In this document: in pieces, positions 27,769 to 37,895 of the stretch
Numbering within the stretch: position 1 is the first letter of the stretch
Layout: each line of letters begins with the position of its first letter
DNA from: an uncultured Oscillospiraceae bacterium
Lineage (GTDB): Bacteria; Bacillota; Clostridia; Christensenellales; CAG-138
Length of the DNA stretch: 64,000 bases
Direction: 5' to 3'
Assembly (NCBI GenBank): GCA_964447605.1
Contig: CAYUTA010000007.1
Coordinates: 1,284-65,283, forward strand
Translations under genes and position numbers: made by a program
Notes under the pieces: generated by a model
Told to the model about the DNA's origin: nothing
The model's input: the letters and a program-made list of their open reading frames with translations, nothing else
Databases searched by the model: none

Positions 27769-27900
27769 GCTTTCCTCCCCGTCTACGGTTGACCGGCGCA
27801 CCTCGCCGACCCGCCGCATGCGACCCGTATGGAGAAATGGCCGCAAGCGGGTGAAGCGCCGCGGTCATTCCTCAAATATTTCGGCGTCAACGCGCGTTTG

Positions 27901-29976
27901 TCAGACGACAAATTTTTTGCGCATCATGTACTCTTCTTTCTTTCCCGGGTTATAATTTTGCACCGGGCGCAGATAGCCTACCACACGCGACCAGACCTCC
28001 GCCTCGCGTCCGCATTCCGGGCAGTTGAAATGCTCGCCGGCGATATAGCCGTGCGCATGGCAAACCGAGAAGGTCGGCGTGATGGAGATATACGGCATCT
28101 TATATTTCTCGAACGCGGAGCGGATAAGATTTTTACACGTTTCAATATCTTCCATGCGCTCGCCGATGTAAAGGTGCTGCACCGTGCCGCCCGTATAGAG
28201 TGACTGGAGCTCATCCTGCAAATCGCAGCATTCGAAAATGTCATCCGTATACCCCACGGGCAGCTGCGTGGAGTTGGTGTACATGGGTTCCTCGATTCCG
28301 GACTGAACGATCTCCGGATAGCGCGCCTTGTCCAGTTTTGCCAGCCGATAGCTCGTGCCCTCGGCCGGCGTGGCCTCCAGATTATAGCTGTGGCCGGTCT
28401 CCTCCTGAAACTCCATCATCAGGTCGCGCAAAAAGTGCATGACCTCCAACGCAAACGCGAGGCCGTCGGGGCTGCCGATGTCCTTGCCCAGGAAGTTGAG
28501 GCACGCCTCATTCATGCCGACCAGTCCAATGGTATTGAAATGGTTCGTCCAGTATTCGCCGGAGCGCGCTTTGATATTGCGCAGATAGAACTGCGAGTAT
28601 GGATAAAGTCCCTGCTCGGTTTGGCGCTCGATGATCTTTCGCTTGATTTCAAGGCTGGTTTTGCCCAGCGCGGCGAGCTTACGCAGGCGCTCGAAAAAAT
28701 CCTCCTTTGAGGTGGCCAGGTAGCCGATGCGCGGCAGATTGATCGAATACACGCCGATGCTGCCCGTCATGGGATTGCTTCCGAACAACCCGCCGCCGCG
28801 TTTTCTCAGTTCGCGCTTATCGAGCCTGAGGCGGCAGCACATGCTCACCGCATCCTCGGGCGACAGGTCGGAATTGATGTAATTTGCAAAGTATGGAATG
28901 CCATATTTGCAGGTGATGCGCATAAAGTCGTCCACCACCGGGCTCGACCAGTCAAAATCCTTTGTGATGTTGATGGTTGGGATCGGAAACGTGAACACAC
29001 GGCCCTTGGCATCGCCTTCAAGCATTACGGCGCAAAACGCCCTGTTAAACAGATCCATCTGCTCCTGAAAATCGCCATAGGTTTTGTCCGTGCATACGCC
29101 CCCGATGATGACGGGCTGGTCCTTGATGGTGCCCGGCACCTTGATATCAAACGTCAGGTTGGAAAACGGGCACTGGAAGCCCACGCGCGTGGGAACGTTG
29201 ATGTTGAACACAAACTCCTGCAGGCACTGGCGGATCTGCTCAAACGTCATGTCGTCATAGTAGACAAACGGCGCGCAATAGGTGTCGAACGAGCTCCAGG
29301 CCTGCGCGCCCGCCGTCTCGCCCTGCGTGGTGAAGGTGGAGTTGACGATCTGTCCCAAAAAGCTGCGCAGATGCTTGGCCGGCTTGCTTTCCACCTTGCC
29401 CTCCACGCCGCCGAACCCTTCCATCAAAAGCTGACGCAAATCCCAGCCCGCGCAATACGGGCCGAAAAAGCCGAGATCGTGGATATGCGCATCGCCGCTT
29501 TCATGCGCCTTGCAGATATCGATGGGGTAAACCTCATATAGCCAGTACTTCTTGGTGAACGCCTCGCGGACATAATTGTTGAGTCCATTGACGCTCTTTT
29601 GCATATTGGCGTTTTCCTTGACGTTCCAGTCCTTATCGTTGAGATAATCGCCGAACATATCGATGGTCGCGCCGATAAGCGCATTGATTTCGCGCGTACC
29701 GCGACGCTTTTCGCGATAAAGGATATATGCCTTCGCCGTGCGCGCATGCCCGGCCTCGATGAGTACCTTTTCAACGATATCCTGAATCCCCTCCACGTCC
29801 GGCAAACGATCCACATATTTCAACTCGGCAAGCCGTACGACCTCGTCCGTCAACCGCTCGGACAGTTCTTCATTCGTGCCGTTAACCGCCTGCGCCGCCT
29901 TCCAAATGGCGTTTTGAATCTTTGTGCGGTCAAAGCTTTCCCGCCTGCCGTCACGCTTTACAATCTGCTGGAACAT
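27901..29976 (-). CDS. nrdD: Class III (anaerobic) ribonucleoside-triphosphate reductase
   Basis: ATP-cone IVKRDG, SMCCRL, EATPAEG and the glycyl-radical motif RVVGY. Confidence 0.96.
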   Translation of the reverse strand: MFQQIVKRDGRRESFDRTKIQNAIWKAAQAVNGTNEELSERLTDEVVRLAELKYVDRLPDVEGIQDIVEKVLIEAGHARTAKAYILYREKRRGTREINALIGATIDMFGDYLNDKDWNVKENANMQKSVNGLNNYVREAFTKKYWLYEVYPIDICKAHESGDAHIHDLGFFGPYCAGWDLRQLLMEGFGGVEGKVESKPAKHLRSFLGQIVNSTFTTQGETAGAQAWSSFDTYCAPFVYYDDMTFEQIRQCLQEFVFNINVPTRVGFQCPFSNLTFDIKVPGTIKDQPVIIGGVCTDKTYGDFQEQMDLFNRAFCAVMLEGDAKGRVFTFPIPTINITKDFDWSSPVVDDFMRITCKYGIPYFANYINSDLSPEDAVSMCCRLRLDKRELRKRGGGLFGSNPMTGSIGVYSINLPRIGYLATSKEDFFERLRKLAALGKTSLEIKRKIIERQTEQGLYPYSQFYLRNIKARSGEYWTNHFNTIGLVGMNEACLNFLGKDIGSPDGLAFALEVMHFLRDLMMEFQEETGHSYNLEATPAEGTSYRLAKLDKARYPEIVQSGIEEPMYTNSTQLPVGYTDDIFECCDLQDELQSLYTGGTVQHLYIGERMEDIETCKNLIRSAFEKYKMPYISITPTFSVCHAHGYIAGEHFNCPECGREAEVWSRVVGYLRPVQNYNPGKKEEYMMRKKFVV

Positions 29977-30021
29977 GTTGTTTACCCCCGGTCTCTCCCT
30001 TTTTTCGCTTGATGCATACAA

Positions 30022-30050
30022 AGTGTACCCCATGGTACATTTTGTGTCAA
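30022..30050 (-). promoter_or_regulatory. sigmaA promoter of nrdD
   Basis: Minus strand TTGACA-N17-TACACT. Confidence 0.7.
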
Positions 30051-30063
30051 GCGCCCGTTATGC

Positions 30064-30079
30064 ATACCATATATTGATA
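30064..30079. promoter_or_regulatory. NrdR box (promoter-proximal)
   Basis: ATACCATATATTGATA compared with consensus acaCwAtATaTwGtgt. Confidence 0.55.
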
Positions 30080-30267
30080 AATATGGTGGATATACAGTGG
30101 AAAACTTATGTACGGACCATGAGCAGTCGGATAAAACCGCCTTTTTTCGGTCAATTTGGGAACTCTTGCAAAAGACGCTTGTGCTGAAAATGTATCCGGA
30201 GCGGGTGTTGTTTTGAATTTCTATAAGTTTTGTTTATAAATCGTTCATGATTTGAAAGGGTGTTTTT

Positions 30268-30314
30268 ACACAAGATATATGGTTATCATGTTTCCTTACC
30301 ACAACATATTGTGG
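30268..30314. promoter_or_regulatory. Tandem NrdR boxes
   Basis: ACACAAGATATATGGT (30268) and CCACAACATATTGTGG (30299), 31 bp apart, the usual NrdR-box spacing; upstream of nrdD. Confidence 0.8.
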
Positions 30315-30402
30315 TCTATGACCCGTTTTTTTCAGTCCGCCGCACGTCCAAACAGCAGATAATGGGTGCGGGATGCGACCCGCGCAGCATGTCGGCCGCA
30401 CG

Positions 30403-31257
30403 TCATACCAGCCGCAGATACGCCGCCATGCCGCCGGTAACCGGCTTTTCGCGCCGATAGGAATACAGCCGCCCGTCCTCATAGGTGCACACGCCCATCA
30501 TCTGGATGTGCTCCGGCAGAATCCCCGCCTCCAGGAATTGCGCGGCGGCTACCTGCCACAGGTCAACATAGGCCTTTCCCGGCATGCCCGCACGCAGGCA
30601 TCGGGTATGGGGAAACGCTGAACGGAACGTTTCGCCAAGCCGCGCGTCGACTTCAAAATGCTCCGGACAGATGGACGGCCCCACGCCCGCATAGACGTCC
30701 TTTGCATCGGCGCCGAAGCAATCGCGCAGCATGCGAACAACCACGCAGCCAATTTTACCGAGCGCGCCGCGCCAGCCCGCGTGCGCAAGGCCGATCGCCC
30801 TTCTCACCGGGTCGACAAAGTAAAACGCCATGCAGTCGGCGTGTCCGGTTATCAGCGTCACGGCCGGGTCGTCGGTCACCAGTCCGTCGCACGGCGGCAA
30901 CGGAGGCAGCGTCCAGCCCCTGCCGCAGTCGTTGCTGTCCACGCGCAGTACCGTCGTCCCATGTTCGTAGTTATCCATGACCATACTGCCCTCCGGAATC
31001 CCTTCCGCCTCACAGAAAATGCGGTGGTTCTGCATGGTTGTCGCGCGCGGCTCGCTTTCCTCGCGCGAAAAGCTAAGGTTGAGCGAAGACAGCGCGCCCG
31101 TGCTCACGCCGCCCGTTCGGGCTGAAAATCCATGGCGCACGCCCGGCAATGCGGAAAGCTGCGGCAACGTAAAGCCGCCAACCCCGGTTTCGCTCTCATG
31201 ATATTGGAAACCGCGCGGGATTTGTTCCCACGCGGATAGAAAGGCGTGTCTGTCCAT
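30403..31257 (-). CDS. pgeF: PgeF/YfiH (YlmD) family protein
   Basis: HGFSARTGGVS, CDGLVT, ADC, AHAGWRG, GPSIC and YSYRR. Confidence 0.93.
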   Translation of the reverse strand: MDRHAFLSAWEQIPRGFQYHESETGVGGFTLPQLSALPGVRHGFSARTGGVSTGALSSLNLSFSREESEPRATTMQNHRIFCEAEGIPEGSMVMDNYEHGTTVLRVDSNDCGRGWTLPPLPPCDGLVTDDPAVTLITGHADCMAFYFVDPVRRAIGLAHAGWRGALGKIGCVVVRMLRDCFGADAKDVYAGVGPSICPEHFEVDARLGETFRSAFPHTRCLRAGMPGKAYVDLWQVAAAQFLEAGILPEHIQMMGVCTYEDGRLYSYRREKPVTGGMAAYLRLV

Positions 31258-31258
31258 G

Positions 31259-31714
31259 TTACTTTTCATCAAGCAGGCGCTGTAACTCCTGCAAAAACGT
31301 CTGGGTGTCCTTAAACTCCCGGTATACCGATGCAAAGCGTACGTATGCGACCTCATCGACCGGCTTGAGGTTCTTCATCACGATCTCGCCAATGTCTGTC
31401 GTGCTGACCTCTGAGGCAAGGGTGTTGAACACCTCCCGCGTGATATCCTCCACCAGCTTGTCCTGCACGTCTGCTGCAATGGGCCGTTTTTCGCATGCCT
31501 TGCGCACGCCCATATGGATTTTTTCGCTGTCAAAGGGTTCCCTGCGGCCATCGCGCTTGACGACCATAATGGGAATCTCTTCAATCTTTTCATAGGTGGT
31601 GAAGCGTTTGCCGCAGTTGATGCATTCGCGCCGGCGGCGAATCGCACTGCCATCCTCCGTGGGCCGGCTGTCGATAACCTTGCTTTCCGTACTGGCGCAA
31701 TATCTGCATTTCAT
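31259..31714 (-). CDS. nrdR: Transcriptional repressor NrdR
   Basis: MKCRYC...KVIDSR...[21 protein letters not shown]-cone and [10 protein letters not shown]. Confidence 0.97.
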   Translation of the reverse strand: MKCRYCASTESKVIDSRPTEDGSAIRRRRECINCGKRFTTYEKIEEIPIMVVKRDGRREPFDSEKIHMGVRKACEKRPIAADVQDKLVEDITREVFNTLASEVSTTDIGEIVMKNLKPVDEVAYVRFASVYREFKDTQTFLQELQRLLDEK

Positions 31715-31902
31715 ATGAGAGATGCTCCTTTAATGTGATGGCGTGATTATTATGCAATATACCATACCCCGTTATGGACGAATGGTATCGTGTGCCGTCG
31801 TTTTCAGTTGCCGCAGAAACGGCGGGAAAACGGGCGGTTGAAATCCGCCGGAGGCGCACGTACCTATAGACACTTAGACGCTGTGTGAATATGATACCAT
31901 AT

Positions 31903-32154
31903 TTACAGATTGATTTCCACTAATATTACATCTTCCCCTATTTTTTTTATTTTGCAAAACGGGATAACCAGCTCCTCCGCGCTGCGAATCAGCCCAAAGA
32001 ACCTGCACGGGCCCGGCACTACGATGGCCAGCACCGTTCCCGCGCATGCATCGAGTTCCAGATCACAGATCATGCCCAGCCGCGCGCCGTCGCAGACGTT
32101 GATAACCTCTTTATGCCGCAGTTCGCAGTAAGTTGTTTTTTCAAACACGCGCAT
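31903..32154 (-). CDS. YlmC/YmxH family sporulation PRC-barrel protein
   Basis: ELRHKEVINVCDGARLG...IPFCKIKKIGEDVILV. Confidence 0.92.
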   Translation of the reverse strand: MRVFEKTTYCELRHKEVINVCDGARLGMICDLELDACAGTVLAIVVPGPCRFFGLIRSAEELVIPFCKIKKIGEDVILVEINL

Positions 32155-32169
32155 TCGCCCCCCGCCGAT

Positions 32170-32198
32170 ATGCTATGACGAAAAAGGGCGAAATATGC
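32170..32198 (-). promoter_or_regulatory. sigmaE-type promoter of ylmC/ymxH
   Basis: Minus strand GCATATT-N14-CATAGCAT, matching the sigmaE consensus. Confidence 0.7.
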
Positions 32199-32297
32199 TT
32201 GCGCATGGATTCGCCTGCAAATCGAAATAAACCGCCGTGTTATACGTAAAAAAGTATGGTATGATATGAAAACTGAAGTTTACAGGAGGAACCCCAT

Positions 32298-33137
32298 ATG
32301 GAACCGATCGTAGCGCCGGCCAAAATCGCCGGTATGGTAGTTTCCGCATTGCTCAGCGCAGGCGTTCCCATTGCGCTTGCCATCGTGTGGCACAAGCGGA
32401 CCCGGGCAAAATGGAGCGCCGTTTTGGTTGGCGCAATCACATTTTATATTTTTGTCAATTTTCTGGAGGGCAGCCTGCACGCCTTTTGCCTTGGAATGAT
32501 TACCGAAAACGCCGTATCGGCATTCTTGAAGGCAACGCCTTGGGCGTATATGCTCTATGCCGGGCTTGCCGCCGGCGTGTTTGAAGAGACCGGGCGGTTT
32601 GTTGCGTTCAAGTGGCTGCTGCACAAGCAGACCGGGCGTGAAACGGGCGTGATGTACGGGATTGGCCACGGCGGCATAGAAGCAATTTTGCTATGTTGCG
32701 TCGCCATGATCGGCAACGTTGCCTTTGCCGTATCGCTCAACGCCGCCGGCGCCGAGTCGGTGCTTGCGCAGGCGGGCGAACAGGCGGCGGCGGTGCAAAG
32801 CAGCATCGACGTTATGAAGCAAACGCCGGCCGCGATATTCTACGTTTCCGGCATTGAGCGTATGATTGCCGTCGCTTTGCATATTGCGTTATCCGTTCTG
32901 GTGTTTGCCGCGGCAAACCGGAAGGAATATTTCTTCCTCTTCCCGGTCGCCATCGTTTTACATGCGGCTGTGGATTGCTTCGCGGTGCTGTATCAATTGG
33001 GCGTAATCGCCAATATCTGGCTTATCGAACTGGGCGTGGGCGCAATGACCGTGCTGATTGGGCTTTATGCGCGGCGGGTCTATCATGCGGTCCGGCCGGA
33101 GATTCCTCCGGCTGCGCAGGCGTCGGACGCGGCATAG
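32298..33137 (+). CDS. YhfC family glutamic-type intramembrane protease
   Basis: AGVFEETGR, YGIGHGGIEA, ER..A..LH and LHAAVD. Confidence 0.9.
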   Translation: MEPIVAPAKIAGMVVSALLSAGVPIALAIVWHKRTRAKWSAVLVGAITFYIFVNFLEGSLHAFCLGMITENAVSAFLKATPWAYMLYAGLAAGVFEETGRFVAFKWLLHKQTGRETGVMYGIGHGGIEAILLCCVAMIGNVAFAVSLNAAGAESVLAQAGEQAAAVQSSIDVMKQTPAAIFYVSGIERMIAVALHIALSVLVFAAANRKEYFFLFPVAIVLHAAVDCFAVLYQLGVIANIWLIELGVGAMTVLIGLYARRVYHAVRPEIPPAAQASDAA

Positions 33138-33428
33138 TCCAAATTATCCTGGAAAACGCATAATTAAGCGGCCGTTCGGGACTGCGGCGGCTTGGGATCT
33201 CACGCCTGCTGCGCGCCGCCGACGAAAAAGGGGGCGTTGCTCCGCCAATCCCGCAGCGAAAACATACAGGACGAACCACAATCTGTCAAAAGCGGCGACA
33301 TGTGCGGTGGTTTTGACCCCCTGCCTGCGGCAAAACCGGCAACCGTCGCAGCCGTTCGAGGCGGTTGGTTGCATGAAAAATCCGCGCGTACCGTGCGCCG
33401 ACGACGAAAAGCAACGTTTTTTACAGCT

Positions 33429-33456
33429 GAAAGCCCCGGCAAATACCGGGGCTTTC
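33429..33456 (-). terminator. Intrinsic terminator downstream of rplS (possibly bidirectional)
   Basis: GAAAGCCCCGG-caaata-CCGGGGCTTTC. Confidence 0.75.
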
Positions 33457-33476
33457 CACAATAAAGATTTCCTGAA

Positions 33477-33836
33477 CTATTTTTTATTGTCCACGATCCG
33501 CTCGCGAATTTTGGCGGCCTTGCCCGAGCGTTCACGCAGATAGAAGAGCTTCGCCCGGCGCACAACGCCGTGGCGCACGACCTCGATGCGGCCGATACGG
33601 GGGCTGTTGTATGGGAACGTGCGTTCCACGCCCACGCCGTAGGAAATACGGCGCACGGTAAAGGATTTCCTTACGCCGCCGCCCTGAATCTTGATAACGA
33701 CGCCTTCAAAGTTCTGTAAACGCTCGCGGTTACCTTCGATAACCTTCACGAATACGCGAACCGTGTCGCCAACCTGCAGCTCCGGCAAATCCGTTCGAAG
33801 CTGCTCTTTTTCCAGTTCTCTGATGATGTCCGACAT
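33477..33836 (-). CDS. rplS: 50S ribosomal protein L19
   Basis: [24 protein letters not shown] and [10 protein letters not shown]. Confidence 0.98.
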   Translation of the reverse strand: MSDIIRELEKEQLRTDLPELQVGDTVRVFVKVIEGNRERLQNFEGVVIKIQGGGVRKSFTVRRISYGVGVERTFPYNSPRIGRIEVVRHGVVRRAKLFYLRERSGKAAKIRERIVDNKK

Positions 33837-33859
33837 TTGAATATTCTCCTTTCATTTGC

Positions 33860-33897
33860 AGACGTTCTTATCCGATGCCGGACAGCGGACCGCCCCA
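33860..33897 (-). ncRNA. L19 leader (ribosomal protein leader RNA)
   Basis: Minus strand GGGGCGGUCCGCUGUCCGGCAUCGGAUAAGAACGUCU hairpin with CCGCUG...GAAC core just upstream of the rplS RBS; promoter TTGCAT-N18-TATAAT at 33912-33941. Confidence 0.65.
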
Positions 33898-33942
33898 ATG
33901 TCACGAACGCGATTATACCACGCGCCGCATGCCAAATGCAAG

Positions 33943-34671
33943 TCATTTTTTGCCCGGTTTCCCGGTCTTTCCCGCCAGGGCGTCCCGTGTTTGTCGCGGC
34001 AGCCTTTCAAGCAGATCCGGCCGCCGGGCAAGCGTTTTTTGATACGCCTGCTCGCGCCGCCATGCCTGAATGTTGGCATGGTGGCCGTTGAGCAGAATCT
34101 CTGGTACTTTCAGGCCGCGGAATTCCGCCGGACGCGTATACTGCGGGTACTCGAGCAAGCCGTTGTTGAACGATTCGTCCTCCGCGCTGTCGGCGCAACC
34201 GAGCACGCCGGGAATAAAACGGCTCACGCAGTCAATCAGCACCATCGCCGGCAGTTCGCCGCCGGTCAGCACATAGTCGCCAATGCTGATTTCCTCATCC
34301 ATGATGGTCATGACGCGCTCGTCCACGCCCTCATAGTGGCCGCACAGCAACAGCAGCCGCGGCTCGTCCGCAAGCTCCCGTGCCAGCGCGGTGGTCAGCA
34401 CCCGGCCGCGCGGGCTCAGCAGAATCCGCCTTGCAGACGCGCCGGAAAGCACCGCGTCCACGCAACCGAAAATGGGCTGCGCCATCATCACCAGCCCCGC
34501 GCCGCCGCCAAACGGATAGTCGTCCGCCTTTTTGTGCCTATTGTCCGTATAATCGCGGATGTTGTGCGTGCGGATATCGAGAAATCCGCCCGCCTGCGCG
34601 CGGCCAAGCATGCTGGCCGTCAGCACGCCGGCAAACATTTCTGGAAACAGCGTAAGAATGTCAATCCGCAA
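33943..34671 (-). CDS. trmD: tRNA (guanine37-N1)-methyltransferase
   Basis: [40 protein letters not shown] and LEYPQYTRP; TTG start. Confidence 0.97.
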   Translation of the reverse strand: MRIDILTLFPEMFAGVLTASMLGRAQAGGFLDIRTHNIRDYTDNRHKKADDYPFGGGAGLVMMAQPIFGCVDAVLSGASARRILLSPRGRVLTTALARELADEPRLLLLCGHYEGVDERVMTIMDEEISIGDYVLTGGELPAMVLIDCVSRFIPGVLGCADSAEDESFNNGLLEYPQYTRPAEFRGLKVPEILLNGHHANIQAWRREQAYQKTLARRPDLLERLPRQTRDALAGKTGKPGKK

Positions 34672-35182
34672 ATAGCCCGACCTCCTGCAGAACGTCCGCA
34701 TGCAGCACGATGCGCCCGTTGTCGATATCCACGGTATGCAGCACCTTTTTAAGCGCGGGAACCATCAGCCTGCCACCGTCGATTTCATACACGTCGTTTG
34801 CCCCCGTTTCCAGCACGTCGGTCACCTTTCCATAGGCATTGCCCGCCGTGTCCATAACCTCGCAACCGACCAGTTCCGCAATAAAATACGTGTCCGGCGG
34901 CAGCCGCTTTGCATGCGCGCGGTCCACACACAAATAGGCGCCGGCAAGCAGCGCCGCTTCCTCCGGCGCATCAATGCCCGCGATGTGCAGGATCACCGCG
35001 CCCGGTTGCAGCCGGACATTGGACAGCGCCACGGGCGCATATTCACCGCGGCGCTCCAGATAGCACGATTGCATGCCCGTGAAACGTTCGGCATCGTCCG
35101 TCAGCGGCAGCGTCTTGACGTCGCCGCGCACGCCGTGCGCGCGCACAATATGCCCGATGCGCAGATATTCACGCCTGCTCAA
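34661..35182 (-). CDS. rimM: Ribosome maturation factor RimM
   Basis: [12 protein letters not shown] and ETGANDVY; operon context. Confidence 0.95.
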   Translation of the reverse strand: MSRREYLRIGHIVRAHGVRGDVKTLPLTDDAERFTGMQSCYLERRGEYAPVALSNVRLQPGAVILHIAGIDAPEEAALLAGAYLCVDRAHAKRLPPDTYFIAELVGCEVMDTAGNAYGKVTDVLETGANDVYEIDGGRLMVPALKKVLHTVDIDNGRIVLHADVLQEVGLFAD

Positions 35183-35411
35183 CGATCTCGACCATGTACT
35201 TACAGTCTTCCTTGACGCTTGCCGCCTTCACAACCGTGCGGATGGCCTTGGCAATGCGCCCCTGGCGGCCGATGACCTTTCCCATATCCGGCTGGGCGAC
35301 CGACAGCACAAGGACCGTCTCGCCCCCATCCTCTTTTGTGGTCACCGTTACGGCGTCCGGGTTATCCACCAGGCTCTTTGCAATAAAGCGTACCAGCTCT
35401 TCCATTTCCAT
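35169..35411 (-). CDS. khpA: KH-domain RNA-binding protein KhpA (YlqC)
   Basis: LVDNPDAV...DMGKVIGRQGRIAKAIRT. Confidence 0.95.
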   Translation of the reverse strand: MEMEELVRFIAKSLVDNPDAVTVTTKEDGGETVLVLSVAQPDMGKVIGRQGRIAKAIRTVVKAASVKEDCKYMVEIVEQA

Positions 35412-35414
35412 TCC

Positions 35415-35672
35415 TCAGCCGACCGGCTTACGCTCGATTGCACCGCTCTTTTTGAGCAGCGCGCGCACGGTTTCCGTGGGCTGCGCGCCCTTCCTGATCC
35501 ACTCTGCGGCGGCTTCGTTGTTGACCTTGAGCTCCACGGGCTCGGAAATGGGATTGTAGTAGCCCAGTTCTTCAACAAACGCGCCGTCGCGCGGGGCGCG
35601 GGAATCCGCAACCACGATCCGGTAGAAAGGGGCTTTTTTGGCGCCCATGCGGCGCAGTCTGATCTTCAGCAT
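35415..35672 (-). CDS. rpsP: 30S ribosomal protein S16
   Basis: [28 protein letters not shown]. Confidence 0.98.
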   Translation of the reverse strand: MLKIRLRRMGAKKAPFYRIVVADSRAPRDGAFVEELGYYNPISEPVELKVNNEAAAEWIRKGAQPTETVRALLKKSGAIERKPVG

Positions 35673-35901
35673 TGTTTGTTTTCCTCCAACGTAAAATATC
35701 GTCCGTTTCTTATTCTGGCAAAGAACGGTTCAAAGAACGCCACATCTATGTCGGCCGGTACAAAAGCACGGCTGGATGTCGTCTTGCGGAAGCCTTGCCC
35801 TCCATGCTTGGAATCGCGCTCCCGGGAAGTCAAATTATGAAATGCCGCGGCACGGCCGTCCCGGCGGGAGAGCGGCTGTGGACGGAGCTCCTGAAAAATC
35901 G

Positions 35902-37242
35902 TCAAAAACCGAACGGGAAGCCGCCGCGGCGCCCCTTCTTTTTGAATTTGCCGCCCGAAAGCTGCTTCATCATCTGCCGGGAAGCGTTGAACTGATTCAT
36001 CAGGCGATTGACCTCCTGCACGCTTGTGCCGCTGCCGCGCGCGATGCGCTTCCTGCGGCCGGCGGTCAGGATGTCCGGATTGGCGCGCTCCTTTTTGGTC
36101 ATGGAGCGGATGACCGCCTTGGTACGCTCCAGCGCTTGATCGTCAATCTCCACGCCTTTGAGCCGCCCTGCGTTCATGCCGGGGATCATCTTTACGATGT
36201 CCTCCATGCTGCCCATCGACTGCATCTGCTCCATCTGGTCAAGAAAGTCGTCAAGCGTAAACGCGTCGGTCTTCATCTTTGTGATAAGCGCCGCGGCCTT
36301 TTTTTCGTCAAACGCGCTCTGCGCCTTCTCGATCAGGCTCAATACGTCGCCCATGCCGAGTATGCGAGATGCCATGCGGTCCGGATAAAACGGCTCGATA
36401 TCCGTCGGCTTCTCGCCTACTCCCGCAAACTTGATGGGCTTGCCCGTCACCTGCCGGACCGAGAGCGCCGCGCCGCCGCGCGTATCGCCGTCGAGCTTGG
36501 TTAAAATCACGCCGGTGAGCGGAATCGTCTCGTCAAACGTCTTGGCCACGTTGACCGCGTCCTGCCCCGTCATTGCGTCCACAACAAGCAGGATTTCCAC
36601 AGGGCGCACGGCCTCGACGATGCGTACGAGCTCGTCCATCATATCGCCGTCGATATGCAGCCGGCCCGCAGTATCGAGGACGACCACATCCCGAAACGTG
36701 CGCTTTGCTTCCTCCACCGCCTCGCGCGCCGTTTTGACCGGAGCCTGCGTACCGCGTTCAAACACGGGAATGCCAGCCTTTTCACCCACAACCTGGAGCT
36801 GGGTAATCGCCGCGGGACGGTAGATGTCGCACGCGGCGAGCAACGGGGCCTTTCCGTATTGCTTTTGCAGCAGCGCGCCAAGCTTGCCGCACATGGTCGT
36901 TTTCCCCGCGCCCTGCAGGCCGGCCATGAGGATGACCGCAGGCTTTGCGCTGCCAAAATCGAGCTTGGCGTTTTCGCCGCCCATGAGCGCCGTCAGCTCC
37001 TCGTTGACGATACCGACGACCTGCTGGCCCGGCGTAAGGCTTTCGAGCACCTCGTGCCCGACCGCGCGGGCGGTAACCCGCTTGACGAACTCCTTGACCA
37101 CAAGGAAGTTGACGTCCGCCTCCAGCAGCGCGAGCTTGATTTCGCGCATTGCCTCGGTCACGTCCTTTTCCGAAAGCTTGCCGCGCCCCGTCAGTTTTTT
37201 GAATACGGTTTGCAGCTTTTCGGAGATGCCCTCAAACGCCAT
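35902..37242 (-). CDS. ffh: Signal recognition particle protein
   Basis: GLQGAGKTT, DTAGR, TKLDGDTRGGAALS and M-domain. Confidence 0.98.
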   Translation of the reverse strand: MAFEGISEKLQTVFKKLTGRGKLSEKDVTEAMREIKLALLEADVNFLVVKEFVKRVTARAVGHEVLESLTPGQQVVGIVNEELTALMGGENAKLDFGSAKPAVILMAGLQGAGKTTMCGKLGALLQKQYGKAPLLAACDIYRPAAITQLQVVGEKAGIPVFERGTQAPVKTAREAVEEAKRTFRDVVVLDTAGRLHIDGDMMDELVRIVEAVRPVEILLVVDAMTGQDAVNVAKTFDETIPLTGVILTKLDGDTRGGAALSVRQVTGKPIKFAGVGEKPTDIEPFYPDRMASRILGMGDVLSLIEKAQSAFDEKKAAALITKMKTDAFTLDDFLDQMEQMQSMGSMEDIVKMIPGMNAGRLKGVEIDDQALERTKAVIRSMTKKERANPDILTAGRRKRIARGSGTSVQEVNRLMNQFNASRQMMKQLSGGKFKKKGRRGGFPFGF

Positions 37243-37564
37243 CGTCAACCTCCCAGAGTTCCGCAAGCCCGGTCAATTTTTTCCGTATTGCCGGATCGTC
37301 CGCCATACCCGACAGTTCGTTTACCAGCTCCCGCGTACGCGTTGTCCGCTCGATCAGCCGCAACCTCCGCTCCATTTCGTTAAGCTCCGTTTCCGCGCGC
37401 GCAATCGCCTCGCGTACCGCCTGCCGGCTGACGCCCTCGCGCTCGGCAATCTCCGAGAGCGAGCAATCTTCATATGCATATTGCCGGGCAAGCGAGGCCT
37501 GCCGCGGCGTTAAGAATGCGCTGTACCAGTCCAGCAGCCGACCAAATGTAATCAGTCTGTCCAT
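37232..37564 (-). CDS. ylxM: YlxM family DNA-binding protein
   Basis: LLDWYSAFLTPRQ...DCSLSEIAEREGVSRQAV; directly upstream of ffh. Confidence 0.93.
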   Translation of the reverse strand: MDRLITFGRLLDWYSAFLTPRQASLARQYAYEDCSLSEIAEREGVSRQAVREAIARAETELNEMERRLRLIERTTRTRELVNELSGMADDPAIRKKLTGLAELWEVDDGV

Positions 37565-37607
37565 ATTGTCACACACCTGTAAAGGTTTCTTGCTTTACAC
37601 CCTGTTC

Positions 37608-37635
37608 ATTATACGATGATTCAAAGATTTGTCAA
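37608..37635 (-). promoter_or_regulatory. sigmaA promoter of ylxM-ffh
   Basis: Minus strand TTGACA-N16-TATAAT. Confidence 0.75.
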
Positions 37636-37895
37636 GCCGCATTTTGCGCCGCCGGTACGGTTTATCTGCAGGCCCGCAGATCGGCAGAGGCGGCAGCGGA
37701 TCATTGCATTCGCTTTTTCTGCATGATATGATGATATTGTAACAGTTGTCTGCAATGCGTGTATTTCAACCCGCGCCCGGTTTGCATGGTTGTATTGTTG
37801 CCGCACGGCAGGGTTTTGCGTTGTTTTCAACAGGAAAATACCTTATATCATGGCTCCTAACAAAAAAACAGGGAGGAAAGGGAGGAATCTGATTT

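Noticed and set aside
33140-33428. ORFs and hairpins in the yhfC-rplS gap
   Set aside because: The overlapping ORFs have no RBS or motifs, and the pairings are loose and expected at this GC content.
35673-35901. Possible leader RNA or small ORF between ffh and rpsP
   Set aside because: No recognisable motif; the 79-aa ORF has no family features.
37763-37790. ATTTCAACCCGCGCCC, resembling the end of a type I CRISPR repeat (also GGTTGAAAT near 31836)
   Set aside because: Isolated single occurrences with no repeat-spacer periodicity and no cas genes.
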